Source: Collinsella sp. (GTDB taxonomy: Bacteria; Actinomycetota; Coriobacteriia; Coriobacteriales; Coriobacteriaceae). From it: a stretch of DNA of 64,000 nt. Position numbers and translations under genes: made by a program. Below are positions 9,373 through 20,256 of the stretch, piece by piece. Below the pieces are notes generated by a model. The model searched no databases. It was not told the origin of the DNA and worked only from the letters and a program-made list of their open reading frames with translations. Every line of letters starts with the position of its first letter. Position 1 is the stretch's first letter. The stretch lies in NCBI GenBank assembly GCA_036551635.1, contig JAXKEA010000010.1:8891-72890 (forward strand), written 5' to 3'.

Positions 9373-10215
9373 ATGAAGACAACGTTCAAAAAGTCCGTAC
9401 TCGCATTTCTGACATGCGTCCTGGCGCTCGCCTTTGCCCTGACGGGCTGCAGCGGCGGCGGCAAAGACCCCAAAGCCAACTTCGTCGGCAGCTGGGAACT
9501 CTCGGGTGGAACCCTGGAGGGCGAAGAGCTGACCGATGAGTACATGAAGATGCTCGAGGATTGGGGTGTCCACTGCGTCCTGATTCTCGATGAGGACGGT
9601 ACAGGCGCCCTCGATCTGTTCCTTGAAGTCGTCGACCTTAAATGGGAGGCAAAGGACGCCACCACCGTAACCATCACCGCCGAAGACGAGTCGCATGACA
9701 TGAAGCTCAAGGACGGAAAACTCATCCTCGAAGAAGATGACGGCAATCTTGTCTTTACCAAGTCCGACAAGGACCTGTCCGGTACGGTGAAGAAGGATCG
9801 CGAGGCGGCCGAGAAGGAAGATGAAATCGATGAGGCCGTCGAAGACGACGATGTCCAGAGCGTCGAAATCTCCCCCGCCGTCACCGTCGCCGATGACGAC
9901 CTGTGCACCATCACCGTCACCGAGAAGTTCAAGGACGACTGGGGCGACATCGGCTTTGTCGTCAACATCACCAACAAGAGCGACAAGGACCTGACCTTCT
10001 ACGCACCTTCCGGCAAGACCAACGTCAACGGCACCATGAAGGAACCCTGGTTCTCGGCTCACCTGATGCCTGGCACCAACGCCACCGAGGAATTCACGTT
10101 CTCGAACGGCGAGCTTGACAGCCTTGATGACCTGGTCAACACGACCATCGGCATCGACGCCTACCTGACCGATTCCTACGAGGACGTCGCCTCCTACAGC
10201 GCAACCATCGCGTAA
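9373..10215 (+). CDS. Acidic lipoprotein of unknown function
   Basis: Signal peptide ending in lipobox LTGC; AAAGGAGG SD. Confidence 0.8.
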   Translation: MKTTFKKSVLAFLTCVLALAFALTGCSGGGKDPKANFVGSWELSGGTLEGEELTDEYMKMLEDWGVHCVLILDEDGTGALDLFLEVVDLKWEAKDATTVTITAEDESHDMKLKDGKLILEEDDGNLVFTKSDKDLSGTVKKDREAAEKEDEIDEAVEDDDVQSVEISPAVTVADDDLCTITVTEKFKDDWGDIGFVVNITNKSDKDLTFYAPSGKTNVNGTMKEPWFSAHLMPGTNATEEFTFSNGELDSLDDLVNTTIGIDAYLTDSYEDVASYSATIA

Positions 10216-10403
10216 CGGCAGACACCGATAGCCGCGGATTGGCGGACACATCCGCGCACACCAAGCGGGGCCGCAGGAGATGATCCTGCGGCCCCGTCGC
10301 TTTATGCCGACAGCACTGCCCATACAAGCAGGCCGCCCGCCGATTTTAGTTGCGAAACGGCGGGTGGCCTATCTTTGGCGTTGGAGCACGGGCGGCGCAC
10401 CGA

Positions 10404-11027
10404 CTACGGGCGCTCCATATTGGGGACGATACTGCCTTCGGTCACCGCATGCACGGCAAGACGCATGATGTTGTCGTAGCCAGTCTTGCTCAGGATCTCC
10501 GAAATGCGGCGCTTGATGGTGCCCTCGCTCATAAACAGCTCGGCCGCGATCTCGCGACGACTTTTGCCCTCGCAGGCAAGGCGCAAAATCGATAGCTCGA
10601 CATCGTCGAGGGCCGCCGTGCCCGAAAAAATGCTCTCGGGCGGCTTGGGAAACGTGCAATAGCCCGCCAGCGTGGAGCGCATCACAGCGAACAGCTCGTC
10701 GATACCGACGTTCTTGTACACAAAGCTATCGACGCCCGCCTCGCGAGCCTGATCGACAAAGGTAATCTCGGGCATGCCCGTCATGATAATGATGCGACAC
10801 TCGGGCAGCTGCTCCTTGATGCGCGCCGCCGCCACGATGCCGTTTGAATCGTGTTCGGTGCACACGTCCATCAGTATCATGTCCGGGCGCTCCCTGAGTG
10901 CGACGCCCAAGGCCTCGGAGGCATCGGCAATCGCGGCGACGACGGTCATATCGGGCTGGTCACCAACGGAGCGTGCCAGGCTCTCGCGCAGAATGGCCTG
11001 GTCTTCGACTATAAGAACGCGGATCAT
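10404..11027 (-). CDS. NarL/LuxR-family response regulator
   Basis: IRVLIVEDQ..LMD receiver domain; C-terminal HTH (REIAAELFMSEGTIK). Confidence 0.93.
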   Translation of the reverse strand: MIRVLIVEDQAILRESLARSVGDQPDMTVVAAIADASEALGVALRERPDMILMDVCTEHDSNGIVAAARIKEQLPECRIIIMTGMPEITFVDQAREAGVDSFVYKNVGIDELFAVMRSTLAGYCTFPKPPESIFSGTAALDDVELSILRLACEGKSRREIAAELFMSEGTIKRRISEILSKTGYDNIMRLAVHAVTEGSIVPNMERP

Positions 11028-12523
11028 GAGCTTCTCCTTTGGGACGTGTCGTTGGCGTTAAGCGGAATGGACACCGCAAGCGTAAAGGGCGGGGCGGCGT
11101 GGACCTCTAGGCTGCCACCCAGATCTTGTGCGACATGCCTCATACCTGGGATACCCGTTCCCTCGCGATACGATACGGGGGCCGGAGACCCGTCGTTAGA
11201 AATCGTCATGCGCGCGACGGCTCCAGCATCCGCCCCCTCCTGCCACAGACGCACGTGGACCCGATGTGCCTGCGCATGCTTGGTGGCATTGGTCGAGGCC
11301 TCGCGGATAATCTGCAAAAATGCGGCGGCGACACGCGCGTCCTCGGGCAGCACACCCTCAACATCGATCTGCACACTCACCAGGCCAAAAGCATGGACGA
11401 TATCACCCAGCTGCTCTGCAGGCTCGCTGGCACCGCCACTGCGCAAATCGGCGGCGATTGAGCGCAGCAACGGGTCAATCTGCTCGAGCGACTCATCGTC
11501 CAGACGTCCCTCCTCCAAATAGCGATGAAGAATGGACAGGCGCTGCCCGATCACGTCGTGCACGCGGGCACGCATACGTAGGTAGGCCGCATTGTCGGCA
11601 ACCTTTTTAACTTCTTCGATCTGGGCCTGGAGCTCTTGGCCCGCAAGCTCAAGCAGGTGGTTGGCTTGCGCCAGGCGGTCGTAGGCGTGTGCGTATTCCG
11701 TCACGCCCAGGCCGACGACGCGCTCGAACGGACGGCCCGAGACCGTAACGGAGTCACGCACGAACAGACGAATCTCGGAAGGAGAGATCTCGACCACGGC
11801 GCGATCCCTACCAAAGCGATCAAGGTCGATATGGGCGCGATTAGTGCTGCTTTCGGGCATTTGCATGCTAAGTTTGCGCAGGTCGTTCCACGTGCTGCTC
11901 ATGTCGCCCAGATCGGTGGGCATATGGAGCTCTACGAGGTTTTTGCGCATGCAGCGGTTCATGAGCAGCGGACGGCCCCTCGGGTCTAGATACAGGATGC
12001 CCACGGGAATCACGTTGATGGTCTCGATCGTCGAGAACATGGTGATATCCTCCTGGCGGTTACGGACGTCCATCAAGAGCGCCGCGATGGAGCGGAACAG
12101 GAAGAACGCCCCCTCCGTGATAAGGACAACGGTCCACGCCGAGCCCATGGCAAAAACCACCGGTGGTGTAACGGCGACAACAAGCAACAGTTCGGCCAGC
12201 ATGACGAGGCGACGATAGTGCACCATAAGTACCACGCCATAGGCAAAGATTGCGGCATTGAGCCACAACGCTCCGCCCATTGCCCTGGCGCAAACGTCAA
12301 GCGGCGCCACCAGATACGAGCCAGACGACGCGAATAAGATGAGCGCCGAAACCACCAGGTGAAGCACAAGGCTCGCCTCGTAGGCGCAAATCACCTTACG
12401 GTTATAGGGCGAGCGGCGCGATGCGATGAGCGGGACGTGGATCGTCTGCAGGCACGCAGCCAGGGCAAAGACAACATCGAGCGCAACGATTTGGGGAAGA
12501 ACGAGCGAAATCTGCATCGTCAC
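11024..12523 (-). CDS. Membrane sensor histidine kinase (HisKA_3/NarX type)
   Basis: About 5 N-terminal TMs, PAS-like segment, H-box RVHDVIGQ, EASTNATKHA, DG..GTGI; 4-bp overlap with the response regulator. Confidence 0.9.
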   Translation of the reverse strand: MTMQISLVLPQIVALDVVFALAACLQTIHVPLIASRRSPYNRKVICAYEASLVLHLVVSALILFASSGSYLVAPLDVCARAMGGALWLNAAIFAYGVVLMVHYRRLVMLAELLLVVAVTPPVVFAMGSAWTVVLITEGAFFLFRSIAALLMDVRNRQEDITMFSTIETINVIPVGILYLDPRGRPLLMNRCMRKNLVELHMPTDLGDMSSTWNDLRKLSMQMPESSTNRAHIDLDRFGRDRAVVEISPSEIRLFVRDSVTVSGRPFERVVGLGVTEYAHAYDRLAQANHLLELAGQELQAQIEEVKKVADNAAYLRMRARVHDVIGQRLSILHRYLEEGRLDDESLEQIDPLLRSIAADLRSGGASEPAEQLGDIVHAFGLVSVQIDVEGVLPEDARVAAAFLQIIREASTNATKHAQAHRVHVRLWQEGADAGAVARMTISNDGSPAPVSYREGTGIPGMRHVAQDLGGSLEVHAAPPFTLAVSIPLNANDTSQRRSS

Positions 12524-14402
12524 TCACCCGCCCTCGGCATCAAGACAATCATGTGCAGCTGGCCGGGCTCGCCCTCAAGGCGGTATGCCACGTTGCGCCC
12601 TTGCAGAGCGCTTTCGAGCTCTTGCGCAGCGAGCGTCTGCGAAAGATCTTCATCATCGTTGGAAAAAAGCGTGGCGCGCAGCTCGACACTGCATCGGTCA
12701 TGGTCGCCCAAGTGATACATAAGCGCCGGATGGTCGGTGGTGTAGGCAAAAAACGCAAAGTCATACACGCAGTCGTACAGGGCGCTTACCGTACTGGCGT
12801 GCAACGGGCGCCGTATGGCGATAATCGAGGCGCAATCGACATCGATGGTGCGCAGGTCGCTTGCGAGCTCGTTGGCAATGAGCTGAATGCGGTCGCGATC
12901 AAAGCCGCTCTCCCTGTGCTGCGCCAGCGTGAGCGACCCCTTGCGCTTGCAATAGGCGACGAGCATCTTGGCGCGCTGCAGCATGCGGTAACGCTCGTGC
13001 GAAGACGCTTCGTCGGTCAACGGTGGCAACGAGCCCAGCAGGTCGTACATCTCTTCGAGCGCGCGGGCAAGCGCCTGGTCCACGTCTTGGACCAGCAAGG
13101 TCTCGGCCTCTTGATCTGCCAAATGCGCCTTAAGGTCGTAGTCGGCGGCGAGCAGCTCGTTTTGACGCTGCAGCTCCATTCGACGATGTGCCAGTTCACG
13201 GTTAAGCTCGTTGAGCTCCGACACGTCTTGGGCAAGCAGCGCCGATCCACCCAGCAGCGGAAAGGCACGGTACATCACATTGGGATCGGACGCCACGGCA
13301 AAGGCATGGGCGCGGCCGTGCTCCTGGGTCCGCAACTCCTCGCGCACGCCTACCGGCATTGGCTTTGACACCGGCGTGGCATAGACCTCCTGCAGGTCGC
13401 GCGTTAGGACTTTGAGGTTGAGCGGCAAGGTGTCGAAGATGCCGGCGATGTCGTGATACGACGGAATGACACCGCAATCGAGACAGATTTCCATCGCCAC
13501 CACGCACAGGACGCAATAGACGAGCGAAAAGTTGAGCCTCCATGCCCAGGGCACGCGCAACGCATACGAGACGGCAAAGAATGCGCCACCCAGCAGTACG
13601 AGCGCCGCCGTGCCCGAGAAACACTGGATGCGAAAGGACGAGGACCGACCAACCAGGATAAAAAAGGCCACGAAGTCGAAGACCGTCCACACGAGAACGA
13701 CAAAATAACCCCAGCCGTACGTGTAATCGTTACTCCAGGTGTCGCTTGTACGGTCAAAGCGGAAGACCTGCTGATGAAAATCGTTGGTGAGCACAAATCC
13801 GATAAGCAGGATGGCCGCAATCCACAGCGCAGCGCAGTAGCGGCGCCCCAGGCGGTGTTGCTCCAGGCCCGCAAGGCGCAGGCCGCAGAGCTGGTAGAGC
13901 AGCGGAATGAGCGTCATGGGCACGTAGTACAGGTACCACAGCACGGTGGCATAGAACGGCGTGAACGACTTGTACTTGAGAATGACTTCGATCATCCACA
14001 GGGCGCAGATGGTGGCGATGGCCACAAGGCGGCGACGCAACACATAGTCCAAACAGCGCAGATAGACCGATACGCCCAGATCGAAAATACAATTGCGGCG
14101 ATAAGCAGCGGGAGAGAGCTCGAATGGGCGAGCGCATCCACGACCTCTTCGGATACCTTGCTATAGGCGGGCACGGCGTTAGAAAGTTTGGGGTCGAAGG
14201 CGAGCAGCGCCGGCAAGACCGCCAAAAGCATGAGGAACAGCGCGGTGATGGCGCCGGCGATAGCAAAGACGCGGTGACGGTACACCTGATGTGTTATGCC
14301 AACAAGGAATCGCGGCATGGCGAAGAGCCTGCCACCCCTGGGATCCGCAACCGGCGCGGTCCGGGCGGCCGCGTGGCCGATATGTCGCTCGCGGGTACTC
14401 AT
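12520..14402 (-). pseudogene. HisKA_7TM-type membrane sensor with a degenerate kinase-like tail, frameshifted near 14075-14077
   Basis: ORF 13992..14471 (MSTRER...AAIVFSIW) joins ORF 12520..14052 if one G is added to the GGG run, giving IWGVSVYLRCLDYVLRRRL. WYLYYVP and LTNDFHQQVF are 7TM-sensor motifs. AAGGGA SD before ATG 14402. Confidence 0.72.
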
Positions 14403-14544
14403 AGTCCCTTTAGTGTACCGACAGATGGATCGAAAAAGCGGGCCGCATGTCCCAAAATCCGCAGACGGCAAGGCGCCCGGCGAACATCAACTGCTCGCCG
14501 GGCGCCTTGGTTAGGAGACTCTGAGGTCGAGTATCTCAGCTTCC

Positions 14545-15987
<1,443 letters not shown>

Positions 15988-16128
15988 TCATACGCTACTT
16001 GTCGTGGTTTCAGTATCCCCGCAAACGGGGTGCCACTCAACGATAACAGCGCGGGTCGACACTTCTTTTCGTGCGCAGGCGCCCGGCGGCCACCCCGCCT
16101 GACACTTTTTGATACCCGCCCGTCCAAG

Positions 16129-16319
16129 CCGCCACAAAGAGGACAGGCACCTTTGTGGTGGCTTGGGCCCGGTTTGTCTCGATCTGTAACAGTTAGACAG
16201 CCAAAACCGGGCCTGGTGTTACAGATTGAGATTGTTCGGCCTGTCCCCTGCGGTTTGTCTAAATCTGTAACAGGTAGAGACGATTTGGCCCGCCGGATGT
16301 TACAGATTGAGACAGAAGA
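16129..16319 (+). repeat. Left copy of a ~190-bp direct repeat (GGACAGG hairpin plus four alternating inverted 15-16-mers)
   Basis: CCACAAAG..CTTTGTGG hairpin, then GTCTCGATCTGTAACA (16176), TGTTACAGATTGAGA (16217), GTCTAAATCTGTAACA (16257), TGTTACAGATTGAGAC (16298); colinear with 17552..17740. Confidence 0.92.
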
Positions 16320-16395
16320 TTCTAGTCGCAGGCGATGTCGAGGTTTTACCGGTGAGGCCTACATGACCGCCTTCGCTCGGCAACTCATTTGACTG

Positions 16396-16432
16396 AATAG
16401 GAAAAAAAGGAAAAAATAGGAAAAAAAGGAAA
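16396..16432 (+). repeat. Purine tandem repeat (AATAGGAAAAAAAGGAAA x2, period 19) abutting the ATPase SD
   Basis: Read directly from the sequence; runs into AAGGAG and ATG 16441. Confidence 0.85.
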
Positions 16433-16440
16433 GGAGACTC

Positions 16441-17547
16441 ATGACTGAAACCATCTTCTCCCCCTCATTTGGAAATCGCCCATCCTATCTCGTCGGGCGC
16501 GAAACTGTAATTTCGACATTCATATCCGGCCTTGAGCAGGAACCGGGCAATCGCGACCGAGCCATGCTCATGCTTGGACAGCGAGGCAGCGGCAAGACAG
16601 TTCTTCTGTGGGAACTTGCCGACCGCGCACGCAAGCTCGGCTTTGTTGTCGCCACGCCTACCGTAGCCTCCGAGGATATGCTCGAGCGCATTGTCGAGAA
16701 AATCCAAGAAGCAGGCAAACCTTACGTCAACAAACGCCGCCTTCCCAAACTCGCGAGCGGCAGCCTAAGTGTTTTCGGGCTCTCGGCAGGCCTCGAGTTC
16801 ACACGAGACGTGCAGGAGACCAAGAGCTTTCAGTTCAAGCTCACGCAGCTCGCGCGCAAACTGACCGAGCAGGGGCACGGCATCCTCATCCTCATCGACG
16901 AGCTCCAAGCAAATTCACCCGAGATCAGACAGCTCGTCACCGCCTATCAAGAGCTGGTCGGCGAACGACTCAACGTCGCGCTCGTCATGGCGGGCCTTCC
17001 GGGAGCCGTCTGCGCAACACTCAATGACCGTGTGCTGACATTTCTCAACCGCGCTCGAAAGGTCACGCTCGAGCCACTTTCGGTCGGAGATGTCGATACC
17101 TATTACCAGCGGGCTTTCGATGAGCTCGGCCTTGATATTCCAAGCGATCTTCGCCTCCGTGCCGCTCGCGCAACCCAAGGCTCGCCCTATATGCTGCAAC
17201 TCATCGGCTATAACATCGCCAATCGCTGCAGGACAGGCGAACGTGCGACGCAAGGGTTAATCGACGGAGCCATCGAGGCGTCGAAAGTCGATTTCGAAAA
17301 CGATGTGTGCGAAACGACGCTCGCCGCGCTGTCAGACCAAGACGTCGCGTTTCTCTCCGCAATGACTGATGACGAAGACGCTGTGTCTCGCATTTCTGAT
17401 GTTGCGAAGCGCATGTCAGTCACACCCGACTATGCGCAAAAGTATCGCCGGCGCCTCATCGACGCCGGCGTTATCGAGCAGGCGCGCCGCGGCTACGTGC
17501 GCTTCGCCGTCCCCTATATGGCCGATTACCTGCGCAGCCAGCTCTAG
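16441..17547 (+). CDS. P-loop AAA-family ATPase with a C-terminal winged helix
   Basis: FSPSFG..LVGR N-terminus, Walker A GQRGSGKT, Walker B ILIDELQ, TQGSPYMLQL, C-terminal wHTH-like YRRRLIDAGVI..RGYVRFAVP. Confidence 0.88.
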   Translation: MTETIFSPSFGNRPSYLVGRETVISTFISGLEQEPGNRDRAMLMLGQRGSGKTVLLWELADRARKLGFVVATPTVASEDMLERIVEKIQEAGKPYVNKRRLPKLASGSLSVFGLSAGLEFTRDVQETKSFQFKLTQLARKLTEQGHGILILIDELQANSPEIRQLVTAYQELVGERLNVALVMAGLPGAVCATLNDRVLTFLNRARKVTLEPLSVGDVDTYYQRAFDELGLDIPSDLRLRAARATQGSPYMLQLIGYNIANRCRTGERATQGLIDGAIEASKVDFENDVCETTLAALSDQDVAFLSAMTDDEDAVSRISDVAKRMSVTPDYAQKYRRRLIDAGVIEQARRGYVRFAVPYMADYLRSQL

Positions 17548-17551
17548 GCAA

Positions 17552-17740
17552 CCACCGCAAAGGGGACAGGCACCTTTGTGGTGGGTTGGGCCCGCTTGTC
17601 TCGATCTGTAACAGTTAGGCCGTCAAAACCGGGCTTGGCGTTACAGATCGAGATTGTTCGGGCGGCCCCCGTGGTTCGTCTTGATCTGTAACAGATAGAG
17701 ACGATTTAGCGCGCCAACTGTTACAGATTGAGACGGAAGA
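17552..17740 (+). repeat. Right copy of the ~190-bp direct repeat
   Basis: Same hairpin and inverted units at 17598, 17639, 17678 and 17719; fills almost the whole gap between the ATPase stop and the DUF4867 stop. Confidence 0.92.
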
Positions 17741-17742
17741 CC

Positions 17743-18387
17743 CTAGTCCACGGTGATGTCGAGGTTCTTGCCGACGAGACCTACGTAGCCGCCCTCGGCA
17801 GCCTTGGGACTATCTGCGTGGCAGAGAACCCACTTGTCGGCCTTCCAGTAGCAGTAGCTATCACCGGCCGCGGGCATGTCGGCCGCAGCCTCGGGGCGCG
17901 GACCGTTGGTGCCGGCGGGCAGCGCAACCATCACCTGGAAGCCACCGTCGTCGACCATGCACGGCGTGTAGTGCAACGTGGTGGCGTAGACCTCGACGAG
18001 CGTGCCGGCGGGCGCGCGGAACGCCTTGACCTGCGCGGTGTCGAGCTTGCCGTCGACAATCTGCTCACGCTTGGCGAGCAGCAGAATAAAGTCGCGAGCA
18101 CCCAGGTTGAACTCGCTCGCGCGGTGATACTCCAAGCAGTTGAGCTTCGTGTTGTGGCCGTTGCACCAGCCCAGCTGGAACGGACGGCCGCCATACATGA
18201 GCAGGCCGAGCGCATCGGCGCCCTCGACCTGCTCCAGCTCAGGCGCGGAGGCCACGTACTTGCTGCCCTCGGGGATGGGCGTTGCGGAGAGCGCCTCGAC
18301 GAGCGGGGCGGTCAGGCTGGACGGGACGTCATCCCACACGCGGCCATAGGGTTTGAATTCGGGGTCGGTAACAGAGTAGATATGCAT
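17743..18387 (-). CDS. DUF4867-family protein (cupin-like, sugar-catabolism associated)
   Basis: MHIYSVTDPEFKPYGRV, GWCNGHNTKLNCLEYH and EVYATTLHY motifs; AGGAG SD. Confidence 0.82.
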   Translation of the reverse strand: MHIYSVTDPEFKPYGRVWDDVPSSLTAPLVEALSATPIPEGSKYVASAPELEQVEGADALGLLMYGGRPFQLGWCNGHNTKLNCLEYHRASEFNLGARDFILLLAKREQIVDGKLDTAQVKAFRAPAGTLVEVYATTLHYTPCMVDDGGFQVMVALPAGTNGPRPEAAADMPAAGDSYCYWKADKWVLCHADSPKAAEGGYVGLVGKNLDITVD

Positions 18388-18531
18388 GTTCGCTCCTGTT
18401 CGTTTATGTGATATTACGAACATTCTAGAACAATCACGCGCGGTTTTAAACGTCCGCCATGTCCGCTCAACAAAAAGGCACCCCCGCATAAGCGAAGGCG
18501 CCCAGTGAACTCATTTTGAGCGACGAAACCT

Positions 18532-19020
18532 TTACGCCTGCTGATAGTGCAGGTGTGCCTCATCGATATCGATCAGATCGCGGTCGAGATAGCGACGCGC
18601 GAGCCAATTTGCCATAGGGAGATTCTGGTCCAGGTAGTTACCGCACTCTTCGGGAGCGGCACCGGGGACATCGCCCTCGAAGCCAGCAACAAACTCGAAC
18701 AACTCGCGCACGAGCGGCAAGATCTCCTCACTCGTCACCTCGCCAAACACAACCAGGTAAAAGCCCGTGCGGCAGCCCATAGGGCCAAAGTAGACAATAC
18801 GGCTCGACCACTCGGCATGGTTGCGAAGGAACGTCGCGCCCAGATGCTCGATGGTGTGGCACTCGGCCGTGTTCATAACCGGTTCTTTGTTGGGCGTGGT
18901 CAAGCGCAGGTCAAAGGTGGTGACGGCGGCACCGGTCGCCGGATCGCGGTCGACGCGGCTCACATACACGCCGGGCTCAAGCAGCAGATGGTCAACGGAA
19001 AAACTCGCGATGCGCTCCAT
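18532..19020 (-). CDS. luxS: S-ribosylhomocysteine lyase
   Basis: IASFSVDH, HTIEH, GPMGCRTGFY, CGNY. Confidence 0.97.
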   Translation of the reverse strand: MERIASFSVDHLLLEPGVYVSRVDRDPATGAAVTTFDLRLTTPNKEPVMNTAECHTIEHLGATFLRNHAEWSSRIVYFGPMGCRTGFYLVVFGEVTSEEILPLVRELFEFVAGFEGDVPGAAPEECGNYLDQNLPMANWLARRYLDRDLIDIDEAHLHYQQA

Positions 19021-19033
19021 GGCAGATCCTCTC

Positions 19034-19135
19034 GGTAGTCAATTTGGGACAGGGCTCTTTTAGCTGGTCGCAACAATCCCACCCATGATAGCAGTCAAAA
19101 AAGCCCCGTCCCAAATGACTACTTTGGGACGGGGC
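19034..19135. repeat. REP-like GTAG..TTTGGGAC(A/G)GGGC copies; the distal pair forms a terminator-like hairpin for the ROK gene
   Basis: GGTAGTCAATTTGGGACAGGGCTCTTTT; AAAAAAGCCCCGTCCCAAA-TGACTAC-TTTGGGACGGGGC; relatives at 33612 and 34898. Confidence 0.8.
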
Positions 19136-19291
19136 GCCGCGCAGCCGATAATATCGACCGTTCAGCATCTAGTTTTCTGACCCCTCACCTATTGATGCTG
19201 CGTCGTCCGCAATGCAGAGCGTGCGAGCAGCTCAACAGCCAAAAACCCGGCAGCGACTGTAATCGCCACCAGACCAATAGATGGCCTGCAC

Positions 19292-20230
19292 TTACAGCAC
19301 CTGCAAACAAGTTGCGACGGCACCGTAGATATTGGCGTCGTTACCCAGCTGCGCCGGGACCACGTGCGGACGAGGCATATCTTTCAGAAAACCAGTGTAG
19401 TGCGCCATGACGTCATCCATCTTACGGTCGAGCGCCTCGAACAGCGCGGGATGGCAGCTGATGCCACCACCAATCGCGAAGACTGCCGGGTCGATGACGC
19501 ACTGCAGATTCACAAGCACACGATCAAACAGCTCAGCATAGGCATCCAATCCGCGCTGCACGGCGGCGACTTCGGACGCGCTCCCGTGCTCCAGTAGCTC
19601 GAAGATCCGTCGGCCATCGAGGGCCTCCAGTTCAGCTTCATCCGAAATGCCAAGTTCGACTGCCACGAGATTCTGCAGGCCGTGCCATCCGCTCGAAGTC
19701 GCGAACGTATCACGATGATCAAGCGGTTCGCTTACGTTGTTGGACAGGAAGCTGAACTCGCCCGCGAAGCCGCCCGCACCTGTCAGCACCCGGCCGTCAA
19801 CCACGATGCCTCCGCCGATGCCCGTACCGATTACCGCCACGCAACCCACGTCCACGCCGCGCAACGCGCCGGCAGCGTACTCGCCAAGCGCACAGCTTTT
19901 GCCGTCGTTGACAACGGTCACGGGCAGCCCCAGCCGTTCGCGCAGCGCTCGGCCAAGCGGAAACCCGTCCATGTACGGCAGCGCACCACCGCGATGGATC
20001 GTCCCGTCTGGATCGACCTCGTAACCGAAGATGCCACCTGGGGCCGAGATGCCCACGCCTACAACCTGTCCGCGATACGGCCCTACGAGTGCCGCGAGCG
20101 CGTCGACCAGCTGATCGGCCGAGACGAACGCCGTCGGAATCGAACCACGGTCACCAAACTCGTAGTTCTCATTCACAATCGCCCATTTGACGCTCGTTCC
20201 GCCGATATCAATTCCAAACAGCTGCCTCAT
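19292..20230 (-). CDS. ROK-family sugar kinase (beta-glucoside kinase-like)
   Basis: GIDIGGT, ND..CALGE, IGTGIGGG, FAGEFS, GNDANIYGA. Confidence 0.9.
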   Translation of the reverse strand: MRQLFGIDIGGTSVKWAIVNENYEFGDRGSIPTAFVSADQLVDALAALVGPYRGQVVGVGISAPGGIFGYEVDPDGTIHRGGALPYMDGFPLGRALRERLGLPVTVVNDGKSCALGEYAAGALRGVDVGCVAVIGTGIGGGIVVDGRVLTGAGGFAGEFSFLSNNVSEPLDHRDTFATSSGWHGLQNLVAVELGISDEAELEALDGRRIFELLEHGSASEVAAVQRGLDAYAELFDRVLVNLQCVIDPAVFAIGGGISCHPALFEALDRKMDDVMAHYTGFLKDMPRPHVVPAQLGNDANIYGAVATCLQVL

Positions 20231-20256
20231 GGCCGCTCCCCTCTCGCTCAATGCGT

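Noticed and set aside
16129..17740. CRISPR array
   Set aside because: Units alternate in orientation, the spacers are homologous between the two copies, there are only four units per copy, and no cas genes are present.
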